From an uncultured delta proteobacterium (GTDB lineage: Bacteria > Desulfobacterota > Binatia > UBA9968), in assembly GCA_963727625.1 (NCBI GenBank), contig CAVSHR010000011.1, positions 128,001 through 192,000 on the forward strand: a DNA stretch of 64,000 bases, in the 5' to 3' direction. Shown piece by piece: positions 52,667 through 61,691 of the stretch. Position 1 is the stretch's first letter; each line of letters starts with the position of its first letter. The position numbers and the translations under genes were made by a program. The notes beneath the pieces were generated by a model. It was not told the DNA's origin. It saw nothing but the letters and a program-made list of their open reading frames with translations, and made no database searches.

Positions 52667-54070
52667 TTACGAGACCTCCGGTGTTTTGGTTGGCGATTTT
52701 TCCGTGGCTTTGAGCATTTTGAATTCCTGCAGGCGGATGTTGTATTTCTCGATAAGTTCGTAAAGGTTGACGCGGCTGATGCCGAGCTCGCGCGCGGCGC
52801 GGCTGACGATCCCCCGGTTGCGCGAAAGCGCTTTCTTGACGAAATCCATCTCGATGGCTTTTTTGGCGAACTTCAAGTTGACGTCGGTCGGTATTTGGTC
52901 CAGGGCAAATCCCAAATCGCTTGGTTTGAGCACCAATCGCGGGCTGAGAACCACCGAACGACTGATGACGTTTTCCAGCTCCCGAACGTTACCGGGCCAG
53001 GGATGCATCAGTAGTGCGCCTTCTGCTTCGGTCGATAGCGTCATCGGCGGTTTGCGGTGTTCCTTGCAAAATTGCTTCAAAAAGTGTTGCGCCAGCGGGA
53101 TAATGTCGTCTTTGCGCTCGCGCAGCGGCGGCATGTCGAGGGGGACGACTTTCAAGCGGTAATAAAGGTCTTCGCGAAAGACATGGTTCTCCATGTCTTT
53201 TTTAAGGTCGCGGTTGGTGGCGGCGAGGATGCGAACGTCAACTTCGATGGGCGTTGTGCCGCCAACTCTCTCGATTTTGCGATCTTGTAAGAAGCGCAGT
53301 AACTTGACTTGAAGCGGCGGCGCGAGCTCGCCGATTTCATCGAGAAACAGCGTGCCGGTGTGCGCGAGCTCGAATTTTCCTTTCTTTTGCACGTGCGCGC
53401 CGGTGAAGGCTCCCTTCTCGTGACCGAAGAGCTCGCTTTCCAAAAGATTCTCCGGGATGGCGCCGCAATTGACGGCCACGAAAGGATTGTTCGTGCGCTG
53501 GCTTTGCAGGTGAATGGCGTGTGCGACGACTTCTTTGCCGGTGCCGCTCTCACCGGAAATTAGCACGGATATGTCCGACACCGCCACGCGCTCAATGAAG
53601 CGAAAGATCTCTTTCATGGCTCGGGATGCTCCGACCATGCCGTGAAAGCCATCGCCAATCGTTTGATCCGCCTGCTGCAGCCGTTGTTGCAATTGATGGA
53701 TGTGAAACGCGCGCGCGATCATGATTTTCAACTCATCGAGTCGCACCGGTTTGGCGTAATAATCGAAGGCGCCGAGCCGAACTGCGCGCAAGGCGTTTTT
53801 TTCGTCGTCGTTTCCGGTGATGACGATCGCTCGGGTTGACGGTTGCTCGGAGAGAAACTGTTCGAGCAGCCGCATGCCGCCCAGGTCGGCCGGATTGTGC
53901 GGATTTAACGAAAGATCAAGCGTTACAACGGGGGGTCTTTCCTTGTCAAAAATGCTCATCGCATCGCCTTCCACCGAAGCCGTGAAAACCTCGTAGTCGG
54001 TTTCGAGCGCCCAGCGCATCTGTTTTAGGATGTTTTCCTCATCATCGACGAGCAATATTTTCGGTTTCAC
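52667..54070 (-). CDS. prsR: PEP-CTERM-box sigma-54-dependent response regulator
   Basis: Receiver (QMRWAL..VVTLDL), GESGTGKE, GAFTGA, HTH LGISR; adjacent to a PrsK-like kinase. Confidence 0.85.
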   Translation of the reverse strand: MKPKILLVDDEENILKQMRWALETDYEVFTASVEGDAMSIFDKERPPVVTLDLSLNPHNPADLGGMRLLEQFLSEQPSTRAIVITGNDDEKNALRAVRLGAFDYYAKPVRLDELKIMIARAFHIHQLQQRLQQADQTIGDGFHGMVGASRAMKEIFRFIERVAVSDISVLISGESGTGKEVVAHAIHLQSQRTNNPFVAVNCGAIPENLLESELFGHEKGAFTGAHVQKKGKFELAHTGTLFLDEIGELAPPLQVKLLRFLQDRKIERVGGTTPIEVDVRILAATNRDLKKDMENHVFREDLYYRLKVVPLDMPPLRERKDDIIPLAQHFLKQFCKEHRKPPMTLSTEAEGALLMHPWPGNVRELENVISRSVVLSPRLVLKPSDLGFALDQIPTDVNLKFAKKAIEMDFVKKALSRNRGIVSRAARELGISRVNLYELIEKYNIRLQEFKMLKATEKSPTKTPEVS

Positions 54071-54094
54071 CAGTAATTTTCCTTTCTCACCGGA

Positions 54095-56209
54095 TTAAAT
54101 CGTGGGCAATTCAACTTCCACGCGGGTGCCGGCGTTGAGCTGGCTCTCGATGCGGATTTGACCGCCGTGGACTTCGATAATCGAGCGAGTATGGCAGAGT
54201 CCAATTCCCAGGCCTTTTTCCTTGGTTGTCTGAAACGGTCGAAATAGGTTTTCCAACCGCTCCGGCGCGATGCCGCAGCCGGTATCCCGGATTGACGTAG
54301 TTATCACGCCGCGGGGTTGCCGAGAGATCGTGACTTCCACGGCGCCTTCACCCTTCGGCAGGCTTTGTATGGCGTTGAGCAGCAGATTGGTGAACGCCTT
54401 TTGAAGCAATCCCGGGTCGCCCGAAATGACCGGCAGCTCATTTTTCGGAGGGAATGAGGTTTTCAAGCTGACGCCGGTTCTCTGGTCGATTTTGAGGTCA
54501 TCAAACGTTTGAGCGATCACCTCGAGGATATTGACAGGCTGCTGTTTGAGAGAAAATTGTCCGCGTTGCACGGAGAGACCGGCGATCAAATTGATCATTT
54601 TCTCGGTCGTTTGGCTAAACGTCGCTAATGCGTCTGAGATGAAACGGGGGTTGTCCTTTAGGTGCTTGGCGTTGTCGAGCGTCATGCTCTGCAGCGTGGC
54701 GAGATTTTTTAAGTCGTGCAGGATAAACGAAGCGAAACGATTAAAAGAGTCCCATTCGCGGGCCAGAAGAAGCTCTTCGGAAAGTTCGTGGGTCAAGATC
54801 AAATGGCCGAGCTGATTGCTGACGCTCGATAAAAACTGTTTATCTTCCTCTAATGATCGCTCCTTGTCGGGCTGAGCGCCGATCCCCATCAACGCCAATA
54901 CATCATCGCCTTTTTCGACCAAGACCAAGCGCTGGATGCCCAAGTCGTCGAGCGCTTGAATGCCGTCGCGCACCGGGAAATTGTCTTGCAGGTTTTCACC
55001 GCGATGGCCCGGCACGTCGAAGAGGATAGTGTTTTTGTCTTTAGCGCGGGGCAGAGTCAAGTGAATCGGTATGGACTTCGAATTTGCCGCGACTGCCGGA
55101 TCGTGACTGTATGCGAGGAGATAAGTGTCCGATGTCGCCGAGCGAAGCCAAAACACGACTTGGCGGACAAACATGGCATCCGCAACGAATTCTCCAATGT
55201 GCGGCAAGAGATCCCGAACATTGAGGGAGCCGCTCGACTTATCGGAAAACTTCATCCACAAATCCCTATAATCATATTTATTGCGGAAGAAATTTCTCGT
55301 TACAAAGCCTTTAACACTGCTGCGAAAATTGGGAGACAGATAGACAAATAGGAACAGCGCGACCAAAGCAAAGGCCGCAATCGGCAGTAGGGAGTTCATT
55401 CCCTGGGTTTGAGCTAGCCTTAAAACCTCGAGAATGCTTCCTGAAATGATCAAGTAACCCAACATCGCGGTCGCCGTAAGCGTTCCGAAGACGACGTGTC
55501 GTGAAACTCGAATTTTGACTTCCCACAACGGATATTTGGCAAAGCCGTAGACCAATAGAATTAACCCGGATAGGACGATGGCGGCCCCGAGCTGGAGCAT
55601 CGGCAAGGTAATGTAAGATGACAAAAGGATGGTTATCGCTAGATAGCTGAAATAGACGGCGAAGCCGAGAAAGGAGATGAAGACAAACTTGAGCTCGTCC
55701 TGTTCCGGCTTGTTAGCTTTTTGCAGCGTCTTGTCGAAACACAATAGCGCGAGAACGCTTGAGCCAACGATGTTGAGGAAATAATAGCGCCAGCGATCTT
55801 CAAAGATGATGATCGGTTCTTCCAAGATTCCCGTGACCCATTCGACGATCCCTCCGGCAAAAATTTTATGAATCACGAAGATCAGCAGGATGGTTTGAGC
55901 AAAATAATAGAGAGCCCAGCTGATTTGAGGTTTTTCCGATCTTGTCCGGCCAACCGTATGACTCACTGGGACAATCGTGATGGGAATGAGCGCCATGGCC
56001 AATACGATGAGCTTGGCGCCATCCAGCGAACTCGGCCGGTTGCTAAATAGATAGGAACCAAGCTGAAGTGAAACGAGCGGGATAAAGCTGGCGACCAGAT
56101 AACTGACGCTAGGGTGTTTGGGAATTTTTGTCGCCAGATAAACCAACAAGCATCCCAGCAACGCTAGGTTGGCGAAGAGTAAGGAATTGAAATTTACCAG
56201 AGAACTCAT
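54095..56209 (-). CDS. prsK: PEP-CTERM system histidine kinase
   Basis: Multi-TM N-terminus, NKYDYRDLWMKF, GAF-like region, FILHDLKN H-box, PFQTTK..GLGIGL; ATG 56209 lies downstream of the sigma-54 site. Confidence 0.88.
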   Translation of the reverse strand: MSSLVNFNSLLFANLALLGCLLVYLATKIPKHPSVSYLVASFIPLVSLQLGSYLFSNRPSSLDGAKLIVLAMALIPITIVPVSHTVGRTRSEKPQISWALYYFAQTILLIFVIHKIFAGGIVEWVTGILEEPIIIFEDRWRYYFLNIVGSSVLALLCFDKTLQKANKPEQDELKFVFISFLGFAVYFSYLAITILLSSYITLPMLQLGAAIVLSGLILLVYGFAKYPLWEVKIRVSRHVVFGTLTATAMLGYLIISGSILEVLRLAQTQGMNSLLPIAAFALVALFLFVYLSPNFRSSVKGFVTRNFFRNKYDYRDLWMKFSDKSSGSLNVRDLLPHIGEFVADAMFVRQVVFWLRSATSDTYLLAYSHDPAVAANSKSIPIHLTLPRAKDKNTILFDVPGHRGENLQDNFPVRDGIQALDDLGIQRLVLVEKGDDVLALMGIGAQPDKERSLEEDKQFLSSVSNQLGHLILTHELSEELLLAREWDSFNRFASFILHDLKNLATLQSMTLDNAKHLKDNPRFISDALATFSQTTEKMINLIAGLSVQRGQFSLKQQPVNILEVIAQTFDDLKIDQRTGVSLKTSFPPKNELPVISGDPGLLQKAFTNLLLNAIQSLPKGEGAVEVTISRQPRGVITTSIRDTGCGIAPERLENLFRPFQTTKEKGLGIGLCHTRSIIEVHGGQIRIESQLNAGTRVEVELPTI

Positions 56210-56234
56210 ATACAAGCGAAATCCCAACTTAGGG

Positions 56235-56250
56235 AGCAAGTCGTATGCCA
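56235..56250 (-). promoter_or_regulatory. Sigma-54 promoter of prsK
   Basis: Reverse complement TGGCATACGACTTGCT (GG-N10-GC). Confidence 0.75.
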
Positions 56251-56644
56251 GTGTTCCTTGATTCGCTCCGATATCTCAGTGCGTTAGCGACGCAAGCTGA
56301 TTTTCCCTGTCCGCCGCTCAGCTATCATCACTCCTTCCGAATGACAAACCGTCCGTAACCCGTTGAACTTATGCAGATCGTTGTTGCTGGATTAAAAAAT
56401 ATGCTGAGCGCTATAAATAGGCCTTTGAGCCAAAAGTTCGATGCTGCTTTTCTTTAAAACTTGGAGTCTTGGAGACAAGGGCGGCTCACAAACTCTGTCA
56501 AATTGAAGTTAGAACTGTCATTATTGCCCGTTTCCGCGCCTAATAAAAAGCTGAATTTTGTCTATTTTTTAATTGTTACCTTAATTCAGTTCAGCGATTG
56601 GCGGATTGTTCAACTGAATGGCTAAACGGCGATCAGTCAGCTCA

Positions 56645-56661
56645 TGTAAACGGAATTTACA
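56645..56661. promoter_or_regulatory. TGT-N11-ACA enhancer box
   Basis: TGTAAACGGAATTTACA in the AT-rich divergent intergenic region. Confidence 0.6.
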
Positions 56662-56756
56662 GTAAGTTAATGGAGCGGGAGCGTCAAAGGCCGCCAATCT
56701 TACGAATTCTGAAATAGTTTTAATGACTTACTAAAGATCGTAATATCTTAGTGCTA

Positions 56757-56773
56757 TGTAAACTGAGCTGACA
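56757..56773. promoter_or_regulatory. TGT-N11-ACA enhancer box
   Basis: TGTAAACTGAGCTGACA. Confidence 0.6.
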
Positions 56774-56893
56774 ATTTTCTTGAAATCGTCGCCGTCTTAT
56801 GGCACAAATGCCAGATGGATTGCCGTTGTCAAAGTCCCGCCCGCAAATAAAAAGGAGACGAAGTTGTCGCGATACCCAAATCACGCTTCTACT

Positions 56894-58009
56894 ATGAACC
56901 AAGACGGGGATACCCTAGCCGGCAACATCGCTCATAAAAAGCTTGTGGCCGTGGGAACGGAACCGGCGACGGCGCTGCAGGTCGATGGCCAATTGGCAAA
57001 TATACCCTGTGTTATTTACGAGTGCGGTTTGGATTTGACCGTGAACTCGATCTCACCGAACGCCTTTGAGTTGATCGGCATTCGCGCAAAAAGTGTCTTG
57101 GGAAAGCGCGCGCTTTGGCAAGATCGGTTGGTTCCATCGGACCGAACTCGCTTGTATTCAAAGTTGAGCCATCTCAAGGAGTTGGAGGCGGCATCGGAAA
57201 CCCATAGAATCACCAATGACCTTGGGCTGCCCGTCTGGGTGGCCCATAGCTTTCGTAAGATCGGCCGCGATCGCGATACGACCATCTGCGGTTGTATGGT
57301 ACCCCTAACCCCCGCCGACCGTGCTTCTGCGCTAGACTCCGGCGTTATCAATCAGTTTGTGCACCGGATCGGCAATCATTTCCAATTGATTAACCTGCTA
57401 ATCGATTCATTGAAACGGAAAGTTTCGAACCTAGATGAAGTTGAAACTTTGCAAGCAACAGTTGACCGGGCCGTCGAATTCACCCGGTCTTTTTCGCAGT
57501 ATAGCCAACCTCCCGTTTTAAACGCTTCGGTTGAACTCGGGGAACTTTTGCATTCGCTTATTCAGTCGTGGGCGCCCCATTTCAGGGTTAACAACGTTGC
57601 GATCGAAAGTGTTTTTCATGAATCGTTTAAGGCAGCGTCGGTTGCTGCCGACCCATTCTTGCTGGATTTTGCTTTTGGATCGGTTCTGCAAAACGCTCTC
57701 GATGCGACAAAGAGCGGCGATCGGCTGGTCATTGATGCTAGAACCGAGATGCACGGAGCAGCCGGAGGCTCGGTGGCGCGAATTCTAATTGTCGACTCCG
57801 GCAACGGCATGGATAAGGAACAGCTCGCGGCGGCCACCGTTCCGTTTAATACGACCAAGCGCGATCGCGACGGCCTCGGACTCAGCGCGGCGGTCCGAAT
57901 CGTTGAAATGCATGGAGGCGTCGTGAATCTCATGAGCCAGCCGGGGCGAGGAACAGAGGTGGAAATCATCCTGCCCGTTGGCGCTGTAGCGGAATGTTCG
58001 GATCGGTAA
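56894..58009 (+). CDS. Cytoplasmic PAS-domain sensor histidine kinase
   Basis: PAS-like IPCVIYEC...ISPNAFELIG; HRIGNHFQ H-box; QNALDA, DSGNG, TTK..GLGL; start uncertain. Confidence 0.8.
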   Translation: MNQDGDTLAGNIAHKKLVAVGTEPATALQVDGQLANIPCVIYECGLDLTVNSISPNAFELIGIRAKSVLGKRALWQDRLVPSDRTRLYSKLSHLKELEAASETHRITNDLGLPVWVAHSFRKIGRDRDTTICGCMVPLTPADRASALDSGVINQFVHRIGNHFQLINLLIDSLKRKVSNLDEVETLQATVDRAVEFTRSFSQYSQPPVLNASVELGELLHSLIQSWAPHFRVNNVAIESVFHESFKAASVAADPFLLDFAFGSVLQNALDATKSGDRLVIDARTEMHGAAGGSVARILIVDSGNGMDKEQLAAATVPFNTTKRDRDGLGLSAAVRIVEMHGGVVNLMSQPGRGTEVEIILPVGAVAECSDR

Positions 58010-58035
58010 TATTGACAGGAATCTGCCGGTAAATC

Positions 58036-59424
58036 ATGTACAATGTTCTAATTGTTGAAGATCACGATCGTCTCAGGGAGCAGCTCGGGCAGTTTTATGA
58101 GCAGGAAGGCTTTCGTGTTACCACCGCGCCATGCGCCGAAGAGGGGATCAAGAATCTCGCCGAAGAGAAATTTGCGATCGTCGTCTCCGACGTTAAAATG
58201 CCGGGAATGGATGGCTTCCAGCTGGCCCGCCACGTGCGTGAAAGCTATCCCGATACCGACGTCATTCTGATCACGGCATTTGGAAATATTAAGCAGGCGG
58301 TCGAAGCGATGAAGCTCGGCGCAAGCGACTACATAACCAAGCCTTTCCAGCCCGAGGCCATTCGCTTGGTGAGTGAAAAGCTGATCGAGAAGCGCCGTTT
58401 GCTTGACGAGGTGCGTGAGCTGCGTCAGCGCGTCCATGAAGAGCATCATCTTGAGAATATCCTCAGTAAGAGTCCGAAAATGCTCAAAGTCTTCGACCTC
58501 ATTCGGTCGCTCGCGGAAACCGATTCCGGGGTGATGATCACCGGTGAGACGGGTACCGGAAAGGAGTTGGTCGCCCGCGCGATCCATAATTTAAGCCGAC
58601 GCAAGGCAAAACAGTTCGTCGCGATCAATTGCGGCGCGTTTCCGGATACCCTATTGGAAAGTGAACTGTTCGGCTATGAAAGGGGTGCTTTCACGGGTGC
58701 CGTCCAAAACCGCGCTGGTAAAATTGAAATTGCCGACGGTGGAACTCTTTTTCTCGATGAAATAGAAACCATCGCCCCGCCGATGCAAGTCAAATTACTG
58801 AGAGTTTTACAGGAGCGCGAAGTCGAGCGCCTTGGGGGGAATCGCAAGATCAAGGTCGACATGCGCGTCGTTGCGGCAACCAACGTAGATTTAAAGATTT
58901 GTCTGGCCCGCGGCACTCTGCGCGAGGACTTTTACTATCGAATCAATGTGATCCCGCTGCAGCTACCGCCTTTGAGAGAGCGGCTGGAAGACTTGCCGGT
59001 GTTGATTCACCACATTCTATCTAAACATCCGGTGGCCCAAGAAAAGAAAATTCGGCAAGTGGCGCCGCGGGTCCTCGATCAAATGCTCGCCTACCGTTGG
59101 CCGGGCAATATCCGAGAACTTGAGAATATTCTCGAGCGCGCTATAGTCAAATGCCAAGGCGAGATCATCGAAGACGTTGATCTGCCGGCGCCGCCTCAAA
59201 GGGTGATGGATCGTCAGTTTGGCGGCGTCAGCAATGGCGACGGCGTGTTCTCGCTCAAGCAATGGTTGCTGCGCAGCGAAAAGGATTATCTAAGAAGCCT
59301 GTTGATCAAGTACAAAGGTGGGGTTTCCTTGACTGCCAAGGAGGCGAAGGTCGACAACAAGACGCTTTACAGAAAGATGAGGAGGCATGGGCTGCACAAG
59401 GAATCATTTAAAGACCTGGGGTGA
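58036..59424 (+). CDS. NtrC-family sigma-54-dependent response regulator
   Basis: Receiver SDVKMPGMDG, GETGTGKE, GAFTGA, WPGNIRELEN, HTH. Confidence 0.93.
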   Translation: MYNVLIVEDHDRLREQLGQFYEQEGFRVTTAPCAEEGIKNLAEEKFAIVVSDVKMPGMDGFQLARHVRESYPDTDVILITAFGNIKQAVEAMKLGASDYITKPFQPEAIRLVSEKLIEKRRLLDEVRELRQRVHEEHHLENILSKSPKMLKVFDLIRSLAETDSGVMITGETGTGKELVARAIHNLSRRKAKQFVAINCGAFPDTLLESELFGYERGAFTGAVQNRAGKIEIADGGTLFLDEIETIAPPMQVKLLRVLQEREVERLGGNRKIKVDMRVVAATNVDLKICLARGTLREDFYYRINVIPLQLPPLRERLEDLPVLIHHILSKHPVAQEKKIRQVAPRVLDQMLAYRWPGNIRELENILERAIVKCQGEIIEDVDLPAPPQRVMDRQFGGVSNGDGVFSLKQWLLRSEKDYLRSLLIKYKGGVSLTAKEAKVDNKTLYRKMRRHGLHKESFKDLG

Positions 59425-60742
59425 ATGGACATTTTTCATTGGCTTGATTTCCTGGGCGCTATTTCCGGCTCATGCTTGGGCTTCGTTCGCGAGCCAGTTT
59501 TCCTTGACCACGGGGGAGGAATACAGCGACAACATTTTCTTCTCGAAAAATAAAGATCATGATTTCGTTACGTTTTTTACTCCCAAGCTGACGCTGCTCT
59601 ATGCCCCGCCCGGCCAGGTTGCGCCGACACTGAATTTAGGAATTAGCTCTAGCGGGCAAATCTATGCTCGCCATAGCGATCTAAACAATTTTGGCGACAA
59701 TATATCCGTTAACGGCGGGTATAGTTATCGATATTCGCCGCGACTCAATTTTCATTTCTCCGATACATTGCAACGGCAGGGGCCTACCAGGCTCGGAGGC
59801 TTGGGCGGATTCGGCGATTTTCCGACCGGGCCGACATCGCCTCCTCCATCAGGTGGCGTAACAACGTCCCCGAATAACTTGAGCGATCTAATAGCAAACG
59901 GCGACCGGTTAACGAATTCGGTTTCATTTGAGGGCTCTTTCCTATATCGGCCTGATATCAGCTTTACCGGCGGCTATACCAATCAATTTGTGAAGTTTAT
60001 TGGCGCGGGCGGCACCGATGTTTTTCATACCATAAATGCTCGCGGGATCTACAATTGGCGGCAGGACCATAATCTCCATGCCGGGTATTCGATATCGATC
60101 AGCAATGCTCGCAACGGCGATAGCGGCGTGATCCATAACTTTGATTTTGGCGATGATTACTTTACGAATTATAACCTCCAACTTACCCCCACACTCTCTT
60201 TAGCCGCTAGCACGGGTCTATCCTTCAATACCAGCAATAGCGGACCGCGAGTTGCCAACAACACCAGTATTACAATAACGAAACTTTGGGAAACCGCTCA
60301 GGTGAACGGTGGACTGAGAAAGGGTTTAACGCCGAGTTTCGGAGTGTCGGGAATTTCAGACACCACGACGTTGTTCACGAATTTTAACTGGCGTCTTACC
60401 GAGCGGCTCTCGACGAGTTCCAACGTTAATTTTTCTTTTTTCGACACCAAGGACGTTAACTTCAAGACCTTCCAAGCCGGATTGGGGTTGCAATACCTGT
60501 TTAACAGTTGGCTTTCTTCTGGCCTCAGCTATAGCTTCAACTGGAGAAATAGCGGGGCTGGTGCCAATTCAACGGGTTTACTGACCAAAGGGATCGTTAA
60601 ATCGAACAGCGTGTTTTTGTCTATAACGGCAAACTTTGATCTATGGCCCAACACAGGTCTCTCCAGAGGTTTATCCTCTGCCACGCTGACACCAGTTTTA
60701 CGAACGCCATTTCCAACACAAGCTGTTCCCTCCGCCCCGTGA
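59387..60742 (+). CDS. Outer-membrane beta-barrel protein of the exopolysaccharide locus
   Basis: Signal peptide ending AHAWA; EEYSDNIF; alternating beta-strand pattern; start uncertain. Confidence 0.75.
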   Translation: MGCTRNHLKTWGEWTFFIGLISWALFPAHAWASFASQFSLTTGEEYSDNIFFSKNKDHDFVTFFTPKLTLLYAPPGQVAPTLNLGISSSGQIYARHSDLNNFGDNISVNGGYSYRYSPRLNFHFSDTLQRQGPTRLGGLGGFGDFPTGPTSPPPSGGVTTSPNNLSDLIANGDRLTNSVSFEGSFLYRPDISFTGGYTNQFVKFIGAGGTDVFHTINARGIYNWRQDHNLHAGYSISISNARNGDSGVIHNFDFGDDYFTNYNLQLTPTLSLAASTGLSFNTSNSGPRVANNTSITITKLWETAQVNGGLRKGLTPSFGVSGISDTTTLFTNFNWRLTERLSTSSNVNFSFFDTKDVNFKTFQAGLGLQYLFNSWLSSGLSYSFNWRNSGAGANSTGLLTKGIVKSNSVFLSITANFDLWPNTGLSRGLSSATLTPVLRTPFPTQAVPSAP

Positions 60743-60937
60743 CCGGCCGTTAAAAATTTTCACTGATAAATTGGTTTACAAGCCAACACCGCCCCGCAGG
60801 GCGGCTTTGCCCATTTCTGCCGTCCAATAACTCATTAGGGCAAATATTGCGTAAAAGAACTTAGGTGCGAGCGCACCAAGTATCAACGAAGGGGCGCAAA
60901 TCGGGGCATATTTCGTTGATCTGGCGCGCCTCCGTCG

Positions 60938-60953
60938 TGGTGCGAAACTTGCG
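60938..60953 (+). promoter_or_regulatory. Sigma-54 promoter upstream of wza
   Basis: TGGTGCGAAACTTGCG (GG-N10-GC); TGT-N11-ACA at 60968-60984 and a near match at 60764-60780. Confidence 0.65.
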
Positions 60954-61037
60954 TAGTAGGTGGTTTCTGTAAGAAATTAAAACACATTTAATCCATATTT
61001 GAATTCATCAGAAAATTTAATGTCCAGGAAACAGTTC

Positions 61038-61646
61038 ATGAAAAATAGTTTACTCATCGGTTTGATGGTCGTTTGGGGTGCCATTTCTGGGTGTGCCACC
61101 AAGGAGTTGCGCGTGCAGGAATTTCGCGTAGCGGCTGGGACTCCAGATCCAGCAAAGCCACCGGAAGAGTTCTATCTGATCGGTGCGGGTGACTCCCTAA
61201 ACATCAATGTTTGGAAAGAGCCGACCTTGTCGGGAACGGTAAAAGTCCGGCCCGATGGTTATGTGACGCTGCCACTCATAAACGAAGTTCAAGTGGTTGG
61301 CTTGACGACCGGACAACTAAGAAAAAACTTGGAGGAGAAGTACAAAGAGTTTACCAAAGATCCGTTTGTTACCATTCGCGTCGAAGGAATTGCTTCGAGC
61401 GAGGTTTTTTTAGTTGGGCAGGTCGGAAAACCCGGCGCTTTCCCTCTCAGTGGTAACGAAACAGTGTTGCAGATTCTTACCCGCGCCGGTGGATTGGGGG
61501 TCTTCGCGGATCGCAGTAATATCCGTGTCGTACGACGGAACGGTGACAGGGTTACCGAGTACACAGTCGATTATGACGCGATCATCAACGGAGATCTCAA
61601 ACAGGATTTGTTATTGAGACCGGGCGATCGAATTATTGTTCCATAG
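61038..61646 (+). CDS. wza: Polysaccharide export lipoprotein (Wza/OPX family)
   Basis: Lipobox AISGC; YLIGAGDSLNINVW, VRPDGYVTLPL, LRPGDRIIVP. Confidence 0.9.
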   Translation: MKNSLLIGLMVVWGAISGCATKELRVQEFRVAAGTPDPAKPPEEFYLIGAGDSLNINVWKEPTLSGTVKVRPDGYVTLPLINEVQVVGLTTGQLRKNLEEKYKEFTKDPFVTIRVEGIASSEVFLVGQVGKPGAFPLSGNETVLQILTRAGGLGVFADRSNIRVVRRNGDRVTEYTVDYDAIINGDLKQDLLLRPGDRIIVP

Positions 61647-61691
61647 GCCGAGCTCGGGGACGATTACACGAATGAGGGCTGGAGGCATCCG

